A DNA stretch of 63,810 bases, counting the filler. It is 7 parts of 7 records of this genome, joined end to end, with 100 filler letters (N's around TTAATTAATTAA, not from the genome) between each part and the next. Parts side by side here need not be neighbours in the genome. Positions count along the whole stretch, not along the records: positions 1 to 15,246 come from DRR723986_22400; positions 15,347 to 24,052 come from DRR723986_22401; 5 more parts are not named here. One strand, 5' to 3'. Both the position numbers and the translations under genes were made by a program. The notes under the pieces were generated by a model, which searched no databases, had not been told where the DNA came from, and saw only the letters and a list, made by a program, of their open reading frames with translations. Shown in pieces: positions 8,646 through 17,132 of this stretch (within the stretch, counting starts at the first letter, position 1; the number at the start of each line of letters is the position of its first letter).

Positions 8646-10724
8646 TTAGCGAACTACTTTTTTGTAATCGGTCACCAAATGCTTGATGAAAAACTCCATC
8701 ATTCTGTCTCTGTTCAAGGCAGTATGACCTCCATCTGGAGCGATCTGAACTTCAATGCTTTTGCCTGCATCCTGAAACGCTTTGATCAGCATCAAAGAAT
8801 TGGAAGGGTGTACGTTGTTATCTGCAGTTCCAAAGAAAATCAACAATTCGCCTTGTAATTGGTCTGCTTTGTTCATCAGGCTAAATCTATTGTAACCTTC
8901 CTCATTATTATCCAACGTACTCATGAAACGCTCTGTATAGATATTATCATACAATCTCCAGTCCGTTACTGAAGAGTTTGCAACACCCGCGTGAACCAAC
9001 TCTGGGAATCTAAGCAACATGGAAGCTGCGGTAGTTCCACCATAAGACGTCCCGTAAACACCTACTCTATCCTTATCGAAATAAGGTCTGTCATGAAGTG
9101 ATTTGATGCCTTCGGCAAAATCATCCATCTCAACCAAACCGAGATTTCCGTATAACTGATCTAGTAATTCCTTACCTCTACCTTTTACATTTCTACCATC
9201 GATATTCAATACCAGAAAGCCATATTCTGTCAATGGATCCGGAAGTGTAAAGTTCTCGCGAAATGCATTTGTAGCTGGTCCACCGTAATTACTTAAGATA
9301 ACAGGATACTTTTTGCTAGGATCAAAATCAGATGGGAAGTGAATCATTCCATGTAATTCCGTCACACCGTCTTTAGAAGTAAAGGTGAATACCTCAACTT
9401 TTTTCAAGCCCAGCTCCTCAAATTTGCTCATGTCACTTTTCGCCAACTCAGCGACCACTTTACCTTTGGCATCCACCAAATTAGTGAATGGAGGGATGTC
9501 ATGCGTTTGGGCTATATCCACAAAATATTTTCCGTCCGGAGAAATCGATACTGAGTGATTTAGTGAAGGATCAGTCAATCTAGTATCTTTCTTACCATCC
9601 AATTGTACACGGTGAAGCTGCATTAGCATGTGATTGTCTCCGCTACGAGCCATGTAATAAAGTAACTCAGCATCCTCATCCACTTTGACGATATTAGAAA
9701 CCTCAAAAGGATGAGTGGTAATAGCATTGACCAATGTTCCATCAAAATTATACAAGTAGTAATTATTGAAACCTGATCTCTCGGAAGCCCATATAAAGTG
9801 CTCACCATCTTCCAAAACTTTCATTTCAGGAGAATTCTCCACAAAACTTGGAAGCCACTCTTCACGGATCACTGTTCTACTTTTACCAGTTTCAGGATTT
9901 GCCGCGCGAAGTTCAAGTATATTCTGACGTCTATTGGTACTGTGGAAAAGCAATTCTTTGCCATCAGGAGTCCAAGACAGATCATAAATGTAAGTTCCTA
10001 AATCACCGTCACTGTAAGGCTTACCATCTCTGATGTCCAATTCAGTCATCTTTTTCGTAGCCAAGTCATAGACCATCAAATCAACTGGAAGATTTGGCTC
10101 ACCAACTTTTGGGTAGGCCTCTACTTCTAAGGAATCATATAATTCCAACTGATTCAAAAGCACATAATATTTTTTTACATCCTTTTCATCAAATCTATAG
10201 AAAGCGATTTTGCTACCATCAGGAGACCACCACATGGCAGTGTTTTGGCCAAGCTCTTCCCCATAAACCCAAGTTGCAATCCCGTATTTAATCTGATTTT
10301 CTTCGTTGCCATCCGTGGTGATAGCTATTACATTGCTACCATCAGCATTGCTGAGGAACATATTTCTATCCTTGGTGAATGCTTTGTATTTGCCATCGGG
10401 AGACTCTGCTGAATCAAACTGACGCCCTCTGGCTGGTCGGTTCCAAGCTCTTCGCTCAGGCTTGGGGATTTCTCCAGCTTCCGTCGCTTTTTTTGTTTTT
10501 ACAGAAAAAGACTGAAGTTTGCCACTTTCGACATATTCAAAAGATTTGCTGTCTTCAGCCCAAGTTACATTTAGGCTTCCAGGTTTTACTGCAGACCTCA
10601 ATTGAGGGGCTATTTTTTGATATTGCTCATAGCCAGGCATGCTTTTTAGCTTGTCTTGAGCTTGTGAAACTGAAATGGTTGTAGCTAAAGCCGCAGCCAT
10701 TGTAAGGAAGAACTTATTCTTCAT
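8646..10724 (-). CDS. Dipeptidyl peptidase IV-like S9B peptidase
   Basis: Signal peptide; WVYGEE, WWSPDG, YPKVG; catalytic GTSYGG, DNNVH, GGH. Confidence 0.92.
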   Translation of the reverse strand: MKNKFFLTMAAALATTISVSQAQDKLKSMPGYEQYQKIAPQLRSAVKPGSLNVTWAEDSKSFEYVESGKLQSFSVKTKKATEAGEIPKPERRAWNRPARGRQFDSAESPDGKYKAFTKDRNMFLSNADGSNVIAITTDGNEENQIKYGIATWVYGEELGQNTAMWWSPDGSKIAFYRFDEKDVKKYYVLLNQLELYDSLEVEAYPKVGEPNLPVDLMVYDLATKKMTELDIRDGKPYSDGDLGTYIYDLSWTPDGKELLFHSTNRRQNILELRAANPETGKSRTVIREEWLPSFVENSPEMKVLEDGEHFIWASERSGFNNYYLYNFDGTLVNAITTHPFEVSNIVKVDEDAELLYYMARSGDNHMLMQLHRVQLDGKKDTRLTDPSLNHSVSISPDGKYFVDIAQTHDIPPFTNLVDAKGKVVAELAKSDMSKFEELGLKKVEVFTFTSKDGVTELHGMIHFPSDFDPSKKYPVILSNYGGPATNAFRENFTLPDPLTEYGFLVLNIDGRNVKGRGKELLDQLYGNLGLVEMDDFAEGIKSLHDRPYFDKDRVGVYGTSYGGTTAASMLLRFPELVHAGVANSSVTDWRLYDNIYTERFMSTLDNNEEGYNRFSLMNKADQLQGELLIFFGTADNNVHPSNSLMLIKAFQDAGKSIEVQIAPDGGHTALNRDRMMEFFIKHLVTDYKKVVR

Positions 10725-10931
10725 ATACTATTCGGGTTAAGTTTATTCTAGTTGCGATGATACTATTTTTAGATGTAAAAAGCAGGGATAAATACACAAT
10801 AGGTTACTGGGACTCATTAAATATTACTTTTCACGCTAATGTCCTTCAGGTAAAATCTGATTACACGGCTTAGAAATTTGTAACCAATAAGGAACATTAT
10901 GCATCCTAAGGAGAATCAACAGACTTTCAAT

Positions 10932-12014
10932 ATGAAGCCCTTAAATTCAGCATTTAAGCTTTTCTTAGGAATATTTTTCCTCTTACAACTTAATTCTCTA
11001 TCTGCATTTTCTCAATCATTAGCAGTTAAGATTGACTCTTTGCTGGAAACCACTTTTTCACCAGATGGTCCAGGAGCAGTTTTCTTAGTGGCAAAAGCTG
11101 GCGAACCTATTTATAGAAAAGCATTTGGGAAGGCAAACTTAGAACTCAATGTCTCCATGACTCCCGCAAATGTCTTCGAAATTGGTTCCATGACCAAGCA
11201 GTTTACTGCCATTTCTATTTTGATGCTACTGGAGCAAGGAAAGCTTCAGCTTGATGATGAAATCACGAAATTTATCCCAAATTACCCTACTCAAGGCAAA
11301 AGAATTACAGTCCATCATCTGTTAACTCACACATCTGGAATAAAAAGCTTCACCAGTATGAAGTCTTTAAGAGCTATCGAAAGGCAAGATCTTACTCCTG
11401 CCGAACTGGTGGATTTCTTCAAAAACGAACCGATGGATTTTGAACCTGGAGAGGAGTTCAAATACAACAACTCAGGCTATGTGGTTTTGGGATATATCAT
11501 CGAAAAGCTATCAGGAAAAACTTTTGCTGATTTTGTCCAAGACAATATTTTTCAAAAACTCGGAATGAATTCTTCCCAATACGCCAGCCATTCCCAGGTC
11601 ATAGAAAACCGAGCCTATGGTTATCATCAAAAAGACAATTATGTAAATAAGAATTACATCAGTTTGAGTTTGCCTTATTCTTCCGGCTCGCTGATGTCCA
11701 CCGTAGATGACATGCTCAAATGGAATGAAGCGCTCAAAAAGAATTCGCTTATCAAAGCAGAAACCAAGGCCAACGCTTTTGAAAATCACACCTTGAACAA
11801 CGGCGACAAGATCAATTACGGCTACGGCTGGCATATCAGCAATATAGATGACTCCCCAAGTTTAGAGCATGGTGGCAGCATTTTCGGCTTCAAATCCATG
11901 GGAGTCTATTTACCCGAAGAAGATATTTATGTGATCGGATTGAGCAATTGCGACTGCAATTCGCCTACTACTTTGACTAGAGATATTGCTCACCTTACCT
12001 TGGAGAATTTTTAG
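10932..12014 (+). CDS. Serine hydrolase, beta-lactamase/PBP (AmpC-like) family
   Basis: SMTK (SxxK), YNN (YxN), LLTHTSG, HGG; signal peptide from ATG 10932 (alternative start 10899). Confidence 0.88.
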   Translation: MKPLNSAFKLFLGIFFLLQLNSLSAFSQSLAVKIDSLLETTFSPDGPGAVFLVAKAGEPIYRKAFGKANLELNVSMTPANVFEIGSMTKQFTAISILMLLEQGKLQLDDEITKFIPNYPTQGKRITVHHLLTHTSGIKSFTSMKSLRAIERQDLTPAELVDFFKNEPMDFEPGEEFKYNNSGYVVLGYIIEKLSGKTFADFVQDNIFQKLGMNSSQYASHSQVIENRAYGYHQKDNYVNKNYISLSLPYSSGSLMSTVDDMLKWNEALKKNSLIKAETKANAFENHTLNNGDKINYGYGWHISNIDDSPSLEHGGSIFGFKSMGVYLPEEDIYVIGLSNCDCNSPTTLTRDIAHLTLENF

Positions 12015-12150
12015 CTACCAGATTAATTTATATGTTCTATTGAGATCATCTCTGCAACAACCCCCTGATCCTTATGAATTGAATTTCCCTCCTCACAAAA
12101 TCTCCATATATTGGATTTGTAAAGTAAAAAACCCTACTATAACCTTATTT

Positions 12151-13083
12151 ATGGAATACAGAAAGTTAGGAAACACTGGTTTGGACCTTTCCATTCTAGG
12201 ATTTGGAGCGTCGCCTATGGGAGATGTTTTTAATGTTTCTGACGAAAAAGACGGTTACCGAGCCGTAGCCTATGCGATCGATCATGGTGTGAATTTTTTC
12301 GATGTCTCTCCCTTTTATGGCCTTACCCTGGCAGAAAAGCGACTTGGAAATGCTTTAGAAGGAAAGCGGGACAAAGTGATTTTAGCAACTAAATGTGGGA
12401 GATATGACTTAAAGGAATTTGATTTCTCCGAAAAGCGAATTCTCAAAAGTGTGGATGAATCTCTTGCCAGACTGAAAACAGACTATATAGATGTACTTCA
12501 GCTCCACGACATTGAGTTTGTGGAAAAAGAACAAATTCTTAATGAAGCCTGGCCAACCTTAGTCAAACTCAAAGAATCCGGAAAAGCACGATTCATAGGG
12601 ATCACAGGTTTACCGGTAAACTACCTTGCTGAAATAACGAGAAACATAGACGTGGACACAGTTCTATCCTGGGCACATTATAATTTGCTGGAGGATGAAA
12701 TCAACCGTGAACTCGTGCCACTTTCCAAGAAGAAAGGTTTCGGTCTGATGAACGCTGCACCTTTGATGCAACGCATTCTATCGGATGCTCCATTGCCAGA
12801 ATGGCATCGTTCTCCGCAAGCAATGAAGGATATGCAATCCAAACTCTTGGCTCTTTGCGCTAGCTATGGAGTGAAGCTAAGCGATGTGGCTATTCGCTAT
12901 GCCTTGGATCATCCTGATATTTCTACCACAATCGTAGGAATGTGTGATTTAGCCACCATCACCCAGAACGTAGGCGTGATTGATTTCCGAATTCCTGATG
13001 GACTTTTGGAAGAAATCGAAACGCTTGTCGCTCCAGTCAAAAACCAAATGTGGTACGAAGGAAAGCCTGAGAATAATATATAA
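12151..13083 (+). CDS. Aldo/keto reductase, L-galactose/L-fucose dehydrogenase-like
   Basis: MEYRKLGNTG, GFGASPMG, FFDVSPFYG, ATKCGRY, LQLHDIEF, IGITGLP; start moved to ATG 12151. Confidence 0.85.
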   Translation: MEYRKLGNTGLDLSILGFGASPMGDVFNVSDEKDGYRAVAYAIDHGVNFFDVSPFYGLTLAEKRLGNALEGKRDKVILATKCGRYDLKEFDFSEKRILKSVDESLARLKTDYIDVLQLHDIEFVEKEQILNEAWPTLVKLKESGKARFIGITGLPVNYLAEITRNIDVDTVLSWAHYNLLEDEINRELVPLSKKKGFGLMNAAPLMQRILSDAPLPEWHRSPQAMKDMQSKLLALCASYGVKLSDVAIRYALDHPDISTTIVGMCDLATITQNVGVIDFRIPDGLLEEIETLVAPVKNQMWYEGKPENNI

Positions 13084-13086
13084 GCT

Positions 13087-13303
13087 GGGAGACCGAAGAC
13101 GGGAGACGGAAGTGGCGTTCATCGCAAACAATGGAGAGCCTGTCCCGATTCGTCGGGAAGTGAAGCGATCTTAATGAGCTAATGAAATTGCTTCGTACCT
13201 CGCAATGACGGAAGAGTAAGACAATCTGATTGTAAAAAGTAAAATATGTCAAGACAAATCAGGTATGGTTACCATTCCTTCGGTCTTCGGTCTCCCGTCT
13301 TCC
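13087..13303. repeat. Composite intergenic repeat: inverted heptamer tracts flanking REP-like hairpins
   Basis: GGGAGACCGAAGACGGGAGACGGAAG (13087-13112) and inverted tract CTTCGGTCTTCGGTCTCCCGTCTTCC (13278-13303); TCCCGA-TTCG-TCGGGA (13143-13158); ATTGCTTCGTACCTCGCAATGAC (13187-13209). Confidence 0.7.
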
Positions 13304-13378
13304 TGCCTGTCAATCAAATAATAGAAGGTTAATATTATAATATAAGTCAAATACAAAAACCTATTAAAACCAAACCTC

Positions 13379-14398
13379 ATGAAAGCATTAGTACTTACAG
13401 ATATCGGAAAAACTGAACTCCGTGAAGTAGCAAAACCAAGCCCAAAAGCTGGACAGGTTCTCCTAAAAGTCGGCATGGTTGGCTTTTGCGGAGGTGATCT
13501 GAATAGTTACAGAGGTCTTTTTCCGCTACAGGAATATCCAAATATCCTCGGACATGAAGTGGGGGGAACTATAGAAGAACTGGGAGATGATGTGCCTGAA
13601 AGTATAAAAGTCGGAATGAAAGTGACGGTTTACCCTTACTTGAATTGCGAAAAATGCATCGCTTGCCGCAAGGGCGCCCGCAATGCCTGCAAGGAAAATA
13701 AGACCATGGGCGTACGTCGCCCTGGTGCCATGTGCCGATACATTGCCTTGCCTTGGCAAGATGTGTTTCCTTCGGAAAAATTATCTCTTCGGGAATTAGC
13801 TTTAGCGGAGCCGCTAACAGTTGGTTTTCACTCTGTGAATCGCGCAAAGGTTACAGCTCAGGATCGAGTGGCAGTGATTGGTTGTGGAATTGTAGGATTA
13901 GGCGCAATAGCATCAGCCGTGAATAAAGGAGCTGAAGTGATCGCCATTGATCTGGACGACGCAAAGCTAGAAATCGCAAAAAAAATCGGTGTAAGCCACA
14001 CCATTAATCCCAAGAAGGTGGATCTGCACCAAACATTGCAGGAAGTGACTACGAACGATGGTCCAGATGTAATCATTGAAGCTGTGGGCAGTCCGATCAC
14101 TTATCGACAAGCTGTAGAAGAAGTTGCATTTACTGGTCGGGTTGTCTGCATTGGCTACGCAAAAGCACCCGTGGAATTCAATACCTCCCTATTCGTTCAA
14201 AAAGAAATAGAAATCCTCGGATCAAGAAACTGCACCACTGAATTCCCAGAGGTAATTGAATATTTGGAACAAGGAAAATTCCCAGTAAATGAAGTGATCA
14301 GCAAAGTGGTGACCATCGATGAGTCAGAAAAAGCGCTGGCAGACTGGGCTCAGGACCAGCAAGGAATAATTAAAATAATGATTGATTTTGACAAATAA
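13379..14398 (+). CDS. Zn-dependent dehydrogenase, L-galactonate/L-gluconate 5-dehydrogenase-like
   Basis: GFCGGD, GHE, CxxCxxC...C structural zinc site, AEPLTVG, GCGIVG, ILGSRN. Confidence 0.85.
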   Translation: MKALVLTDIGKTELREVAKPSPKAGQVLLKVGMVGFCGGDLNSYRGLFPLQEYPNILGHEVGGTIEELGDDVPESIKVGMKVTVYPYLNCEKCIACRKGARNACKENKTMGVRRPGAMCRYIALPWQDVFPSEKLSLRELALAEPLTVGFHSVNRAKVTAQDRVAVIGCGIVGLGAIASAVNKGAEVIAIDLDDAKLEIAKKIGVSHTINPKKVDLHQTLQEVTTNDGPDVIIEAVGSPITYRQAVEEVAFTGRVVCIGYAKAPVEFNTSLFVQKEIEILGSRNCTTEFPEVIEYLEQGKFPVNEVISKVVTIDESEKALADWAQDQQGIIKIMIDFDK

Positions 14399-14402
14399 GA
14401 AA

Positions 14403-15218
14403 ATGATAAAATCCTGCGTAACGATTGCTCTAGTACCTGAAATTAAAAGTGGACCTTGGATTTTTTGGGAAGACCTGGAAACTGGAATGGAAAAAGCTTC
14501 CCGACTTGGATTCGATTCAATAGAACTTTTCACTGCTTCGGCGGACGCGATTGCAATACCAAGACTAAAAGAACTTCTTGAAAAATATAACTTAGAACTT
14601 GCTGCTGTAGGAACTGGAGCCGGAAAGGTAATTCATGGTCTGACCCTATCTGACCCGGATTCAAAAATTAGAGAGAAAGCCATTTCATTCATCTCTGATA
14701 TGATTGACTTCGGAGCAGCTTTCGGAGCTCCGGCAATTATTGGCTCAATGCAGGGAAATATCTTACCCGGAAACGAACGGGAAGAAACCATGTCTTGGTT
14801 GGCAGAAGGCTTGAATCAATTAGGCAAGCAAGCCGAATCCAAAGGAGTTACACTGATCTACGAACCCCTAAATCGCTACGAAACCAACTTGCTCAACACC
14901 ATTGAAGACGGTTCAAAATTGCTAAAAAGTCTGGAAACCAAGTCTATAAAACTTCTGGCCGATCTATTTCACATGAATATTGAAGAAGGGAACTTAGAAG
15001 AAAGCATCCTGAATTGGGGCAAATACATTGGGCATGTTCACTTTGCAGATAGCAATAGAAGACCTATGGGTTTTGGACATACTTCGATGAAGGAAATAGC
15101 CCTGGCGCTGAAAGCAGTTGGTTACACTGGCTATGCTTCGGCAGAAGCTTTTCCCTACCCGACCCCTGATGAAGCAGCTGAGAAGACGATAGAGGAGTTT
15201 AGGAAATGGTTTCGGTGA
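14403..15218 (+). CDS. TIM-barrel sugar isomerase/epimerase, IolO (5-keto-L-gluconate epimerase)-like
   Basis: YEPLNRYET, DLFHMNIEE, HVHFADSNR, IIGSMQG motifs. Confidence 0.8.
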   Translation: MIKSCVTIALVPEIKSGPWIFWEDLETGMEKASRLGFDSIELFTASADAIAIPRLKELLEKYNLELAAVGTGAGKVIHGLTLSDPDSKIREKAISFISDMIDFGAAFGAPAIIGSMQGNILPGNEREETMSWLAEGLNQLGKQAESKGVTLIYEPLNRYETNLLNTIEDGSKLLKSLETKSIKLLADLFHMNIEEGNLEESILNWGKYIGHVHFADSNRRPMGFGHTSMKEIALALKAVGYTGYASAEAFPYPTPDEAAEKTIEEFRKWFR

Positions 15219-15246
15219 TTTGAGATTTGAGATTTGAGATTTGAGA
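15217..15246 (+). repeat. Heptamer tandem repeat (GATTTGA) at contig end
   Basis: Four full copies plus GA running into the spacer; likely cause of the assembly break. Confidence 0.9.
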
Positions 15247-15346
15247 NNNNNNNNNNNNNNNNNNNNNNNNNNNNNNNNNNNNNNNNNNNNTTAATTAATT
15301 AANNNNNNNNNNNNNNNNNNNNNNNNNNNNNNNNNNNNNNNNNNNN
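15247..15346. other. Artificial contig spacer
   Basis: N44-TTAATTAATTAA-N44; composition and apparent taxon change across it. Confidence 0.98.
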
Positions 15347-15478
15347 GTCCGTTCGAAATCACTCATGGATTCAGGGGACTCGTGATGCTGAAAGTAAATT
15401 GTCGCCTCGTCCACTACGGGGAAGGCAACTCAACGTGAATTTTGCAAGACGGCCAGTGAACTTCGGCAAATCGCGTTC

Positions 15479-15530
15479 AGCAATACTAATTCAGCACATA
15501 AGATAGCAATACTAATTCAGCGCATAAGAT
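15479..15530. repeat. 26-bp tandem duplication covering the stop codon of the adjacent gene
   Basis: AGCAATACTAATTCAGC(A/G)CATAAGAT at 15479-15504 and 15505-15530, one mismatch. Confidence 0.9.
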
Positions 15531-16551
15531 GCAGTGAAGCAGATTGAATTCGCAGTTTCACTATTTGCTCCTGCACAATTTCTTGCGAAGTCTCATCGTC
15601 GAATAGCAGAATATCTATGTAGGCATGTTCGGATCCGTATGCGCCGCCCAAGACCCGCCCGCTACATTCATGCTGAAGCGTTTCGTCGATTGCATCTTCC
15701 ATCTGAGCACGTACGTTAGCCTGATCGCCATCAGGCAACATTGAGCAGTCGAACGCGATGTAACAGAGGCGTGCACCGGTCGCATCAAGCGGGTTTTCTT
15801 CCAGGGTGCCTTCCCCAAGTATGAACTCGATGATGACGTGCGGCAGCAGCGTTGTGCCGACCAAGGTGTCGCCACGCGGTCCTGCATATCGTTCGGGAAG
15901 TTGATAAGACGAATAGGCTTCCGTCGGGATCAGCTTTTCCCATTTATGGTAGGCATCTACCGAGCGAATGTATTCGGGCAATTGTTCCAGAGGCCTCCTG
16001 CGTGGTGCGTCTTCCGCAATCGGTTCGAGCTTAATGTCCCCGATCCAACTCTGCGTTCCGAACTCACCCAATGCCTCATCGAGCATTAGAAACAACACCT
16101 GGTGCTGAACCTCTTCCGGGATCGATTCGAACGCGTCGTGCCAGGCAACAATGTCAATCGCCTCCGATTCTTCGTCGACGTTCGTCTGTACAAAGAGCGA
16201 TTTACCATCCACGCGTCCTGAGTCCCCAAGGTCAAGCATGATGTTGTCTAGCGCGCCGGGTTGTCGAGAGCCATAGAACGTCCAGCCTTCGATCTCCAGG
16301 GAACGACGCAACCATTCAACGGCCAGCAATTGCTTTGCAAGGATACCTTCGCCAGATACGGTGAATGCGTGCCCTTTCCCCTCACCCGGGCCGAAGGACC
16401 AAGCGAGTCCCGGCATGTTATCGGCCATAAAACAACTCACTTCATCAGTAAGTTGTTCGCAGTTTCCGTCATTGATTGTTTGGTAGAACCTGTCGGCTAC
16501 CGTGGGGAACCAGTCCCAAAAACTCGTAACACCAGCTTTAAAGGTCGGCAT
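15517..16551 (-). CDS. Hypothetical acidic protein
   Basis: 344-aa ORF with FWDWF and FLMLDEALGE motifs; no function assignable. Confidence 0.75.
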   Translation of the reverse strand: MPTFKAGVTSFWDWFPTVADRFYQTINDGNCEQLTDEVSCFMADNMPGLAWSFGPGEGKGHAFTVSGEGILAKQLLAVEWLRRSLEIEGWTFYGSRQPGALDNIMLDLGDSGRVDGKSLFVQTNVDEESEAIDIVAWHDAFESIPEEVQHQVLFLMLDEALGEFGTQSWIGDIKLEPIAEDAPRRRPLEQLPEYIRSVDAYHKWEKLIPTEAYSSYQLPERYAGPRGDTLVGTTLLPHVIIEFILGEGTLEENPLDATGARLCYIAFDCSMLPDGDQANVRAQMEDAIDETLQHECSGRVLGGAYGSEHAYIDILLFDDETSQEIVQEQIVKLRIQSASLHLMR

Positions 16552-17132
16552 GAGAGGTTGCCATTGGATTGGGGCGGCTAAATGCTCAACAGCACACGGC
16601 TGTCTAGCTGGGATGTCTACGCAGGGCTGAAAGTCTTCGTCAACTAGCCTTCTAATGAGTGTTGTTTATGTATTTCCGCACGTGATACTCTCGGCCTAGG
16701 GGATACGCTGCTGTCTCTTTTTCGACAGGAGCCCCTAACGTGCTGTGCGAATGAAAATATGTTGCCTGAGTTAATCAGGCCCCGAGTTGCGATGGCGGCG
16801 TGGCGTTCGCGTTTCGTCCGGTGACGATTCTACTACTCACAAGCCGCTTTAGCGTGCGTAAACACCGAAAAAGCTGGGATAATGCCCCGCTAGTTCTGCT
16901 TGGCAACTGCTTCTGCCGCCGCGCCCGGCAACGACAGAATCAAATCGATAACGGACCGGGACCACAGGCTGCTTGGCAGGGCGTCGCAGAGACGACTCTC
17001 AAAGAACCAAGACTACTTAATTGCTAGGTTCACGATTGCCAGGTATACCGCGACCACGGCGGAGCGATGTCCTAACAGTTTGTTCGCATTGCGACCACCA
17101 AGCCGCCGTTGCGGTGGCCGAAACAATCCGAT

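Noticed and set aside
10932-12014. Antibiotic-resistance beta-lactamase call
   Set aside because: Has HGG rather than KTG and resembles general Bacteroidota serine hydrolases; resistance is unsupported.
16552-17132. 580-nt intergenic region with a hairpin near 16697-16737 and short ORFs
   Set aside because: No recognisable riboswitch or ncRNA consensus, and the ORFs lack protein-like features.
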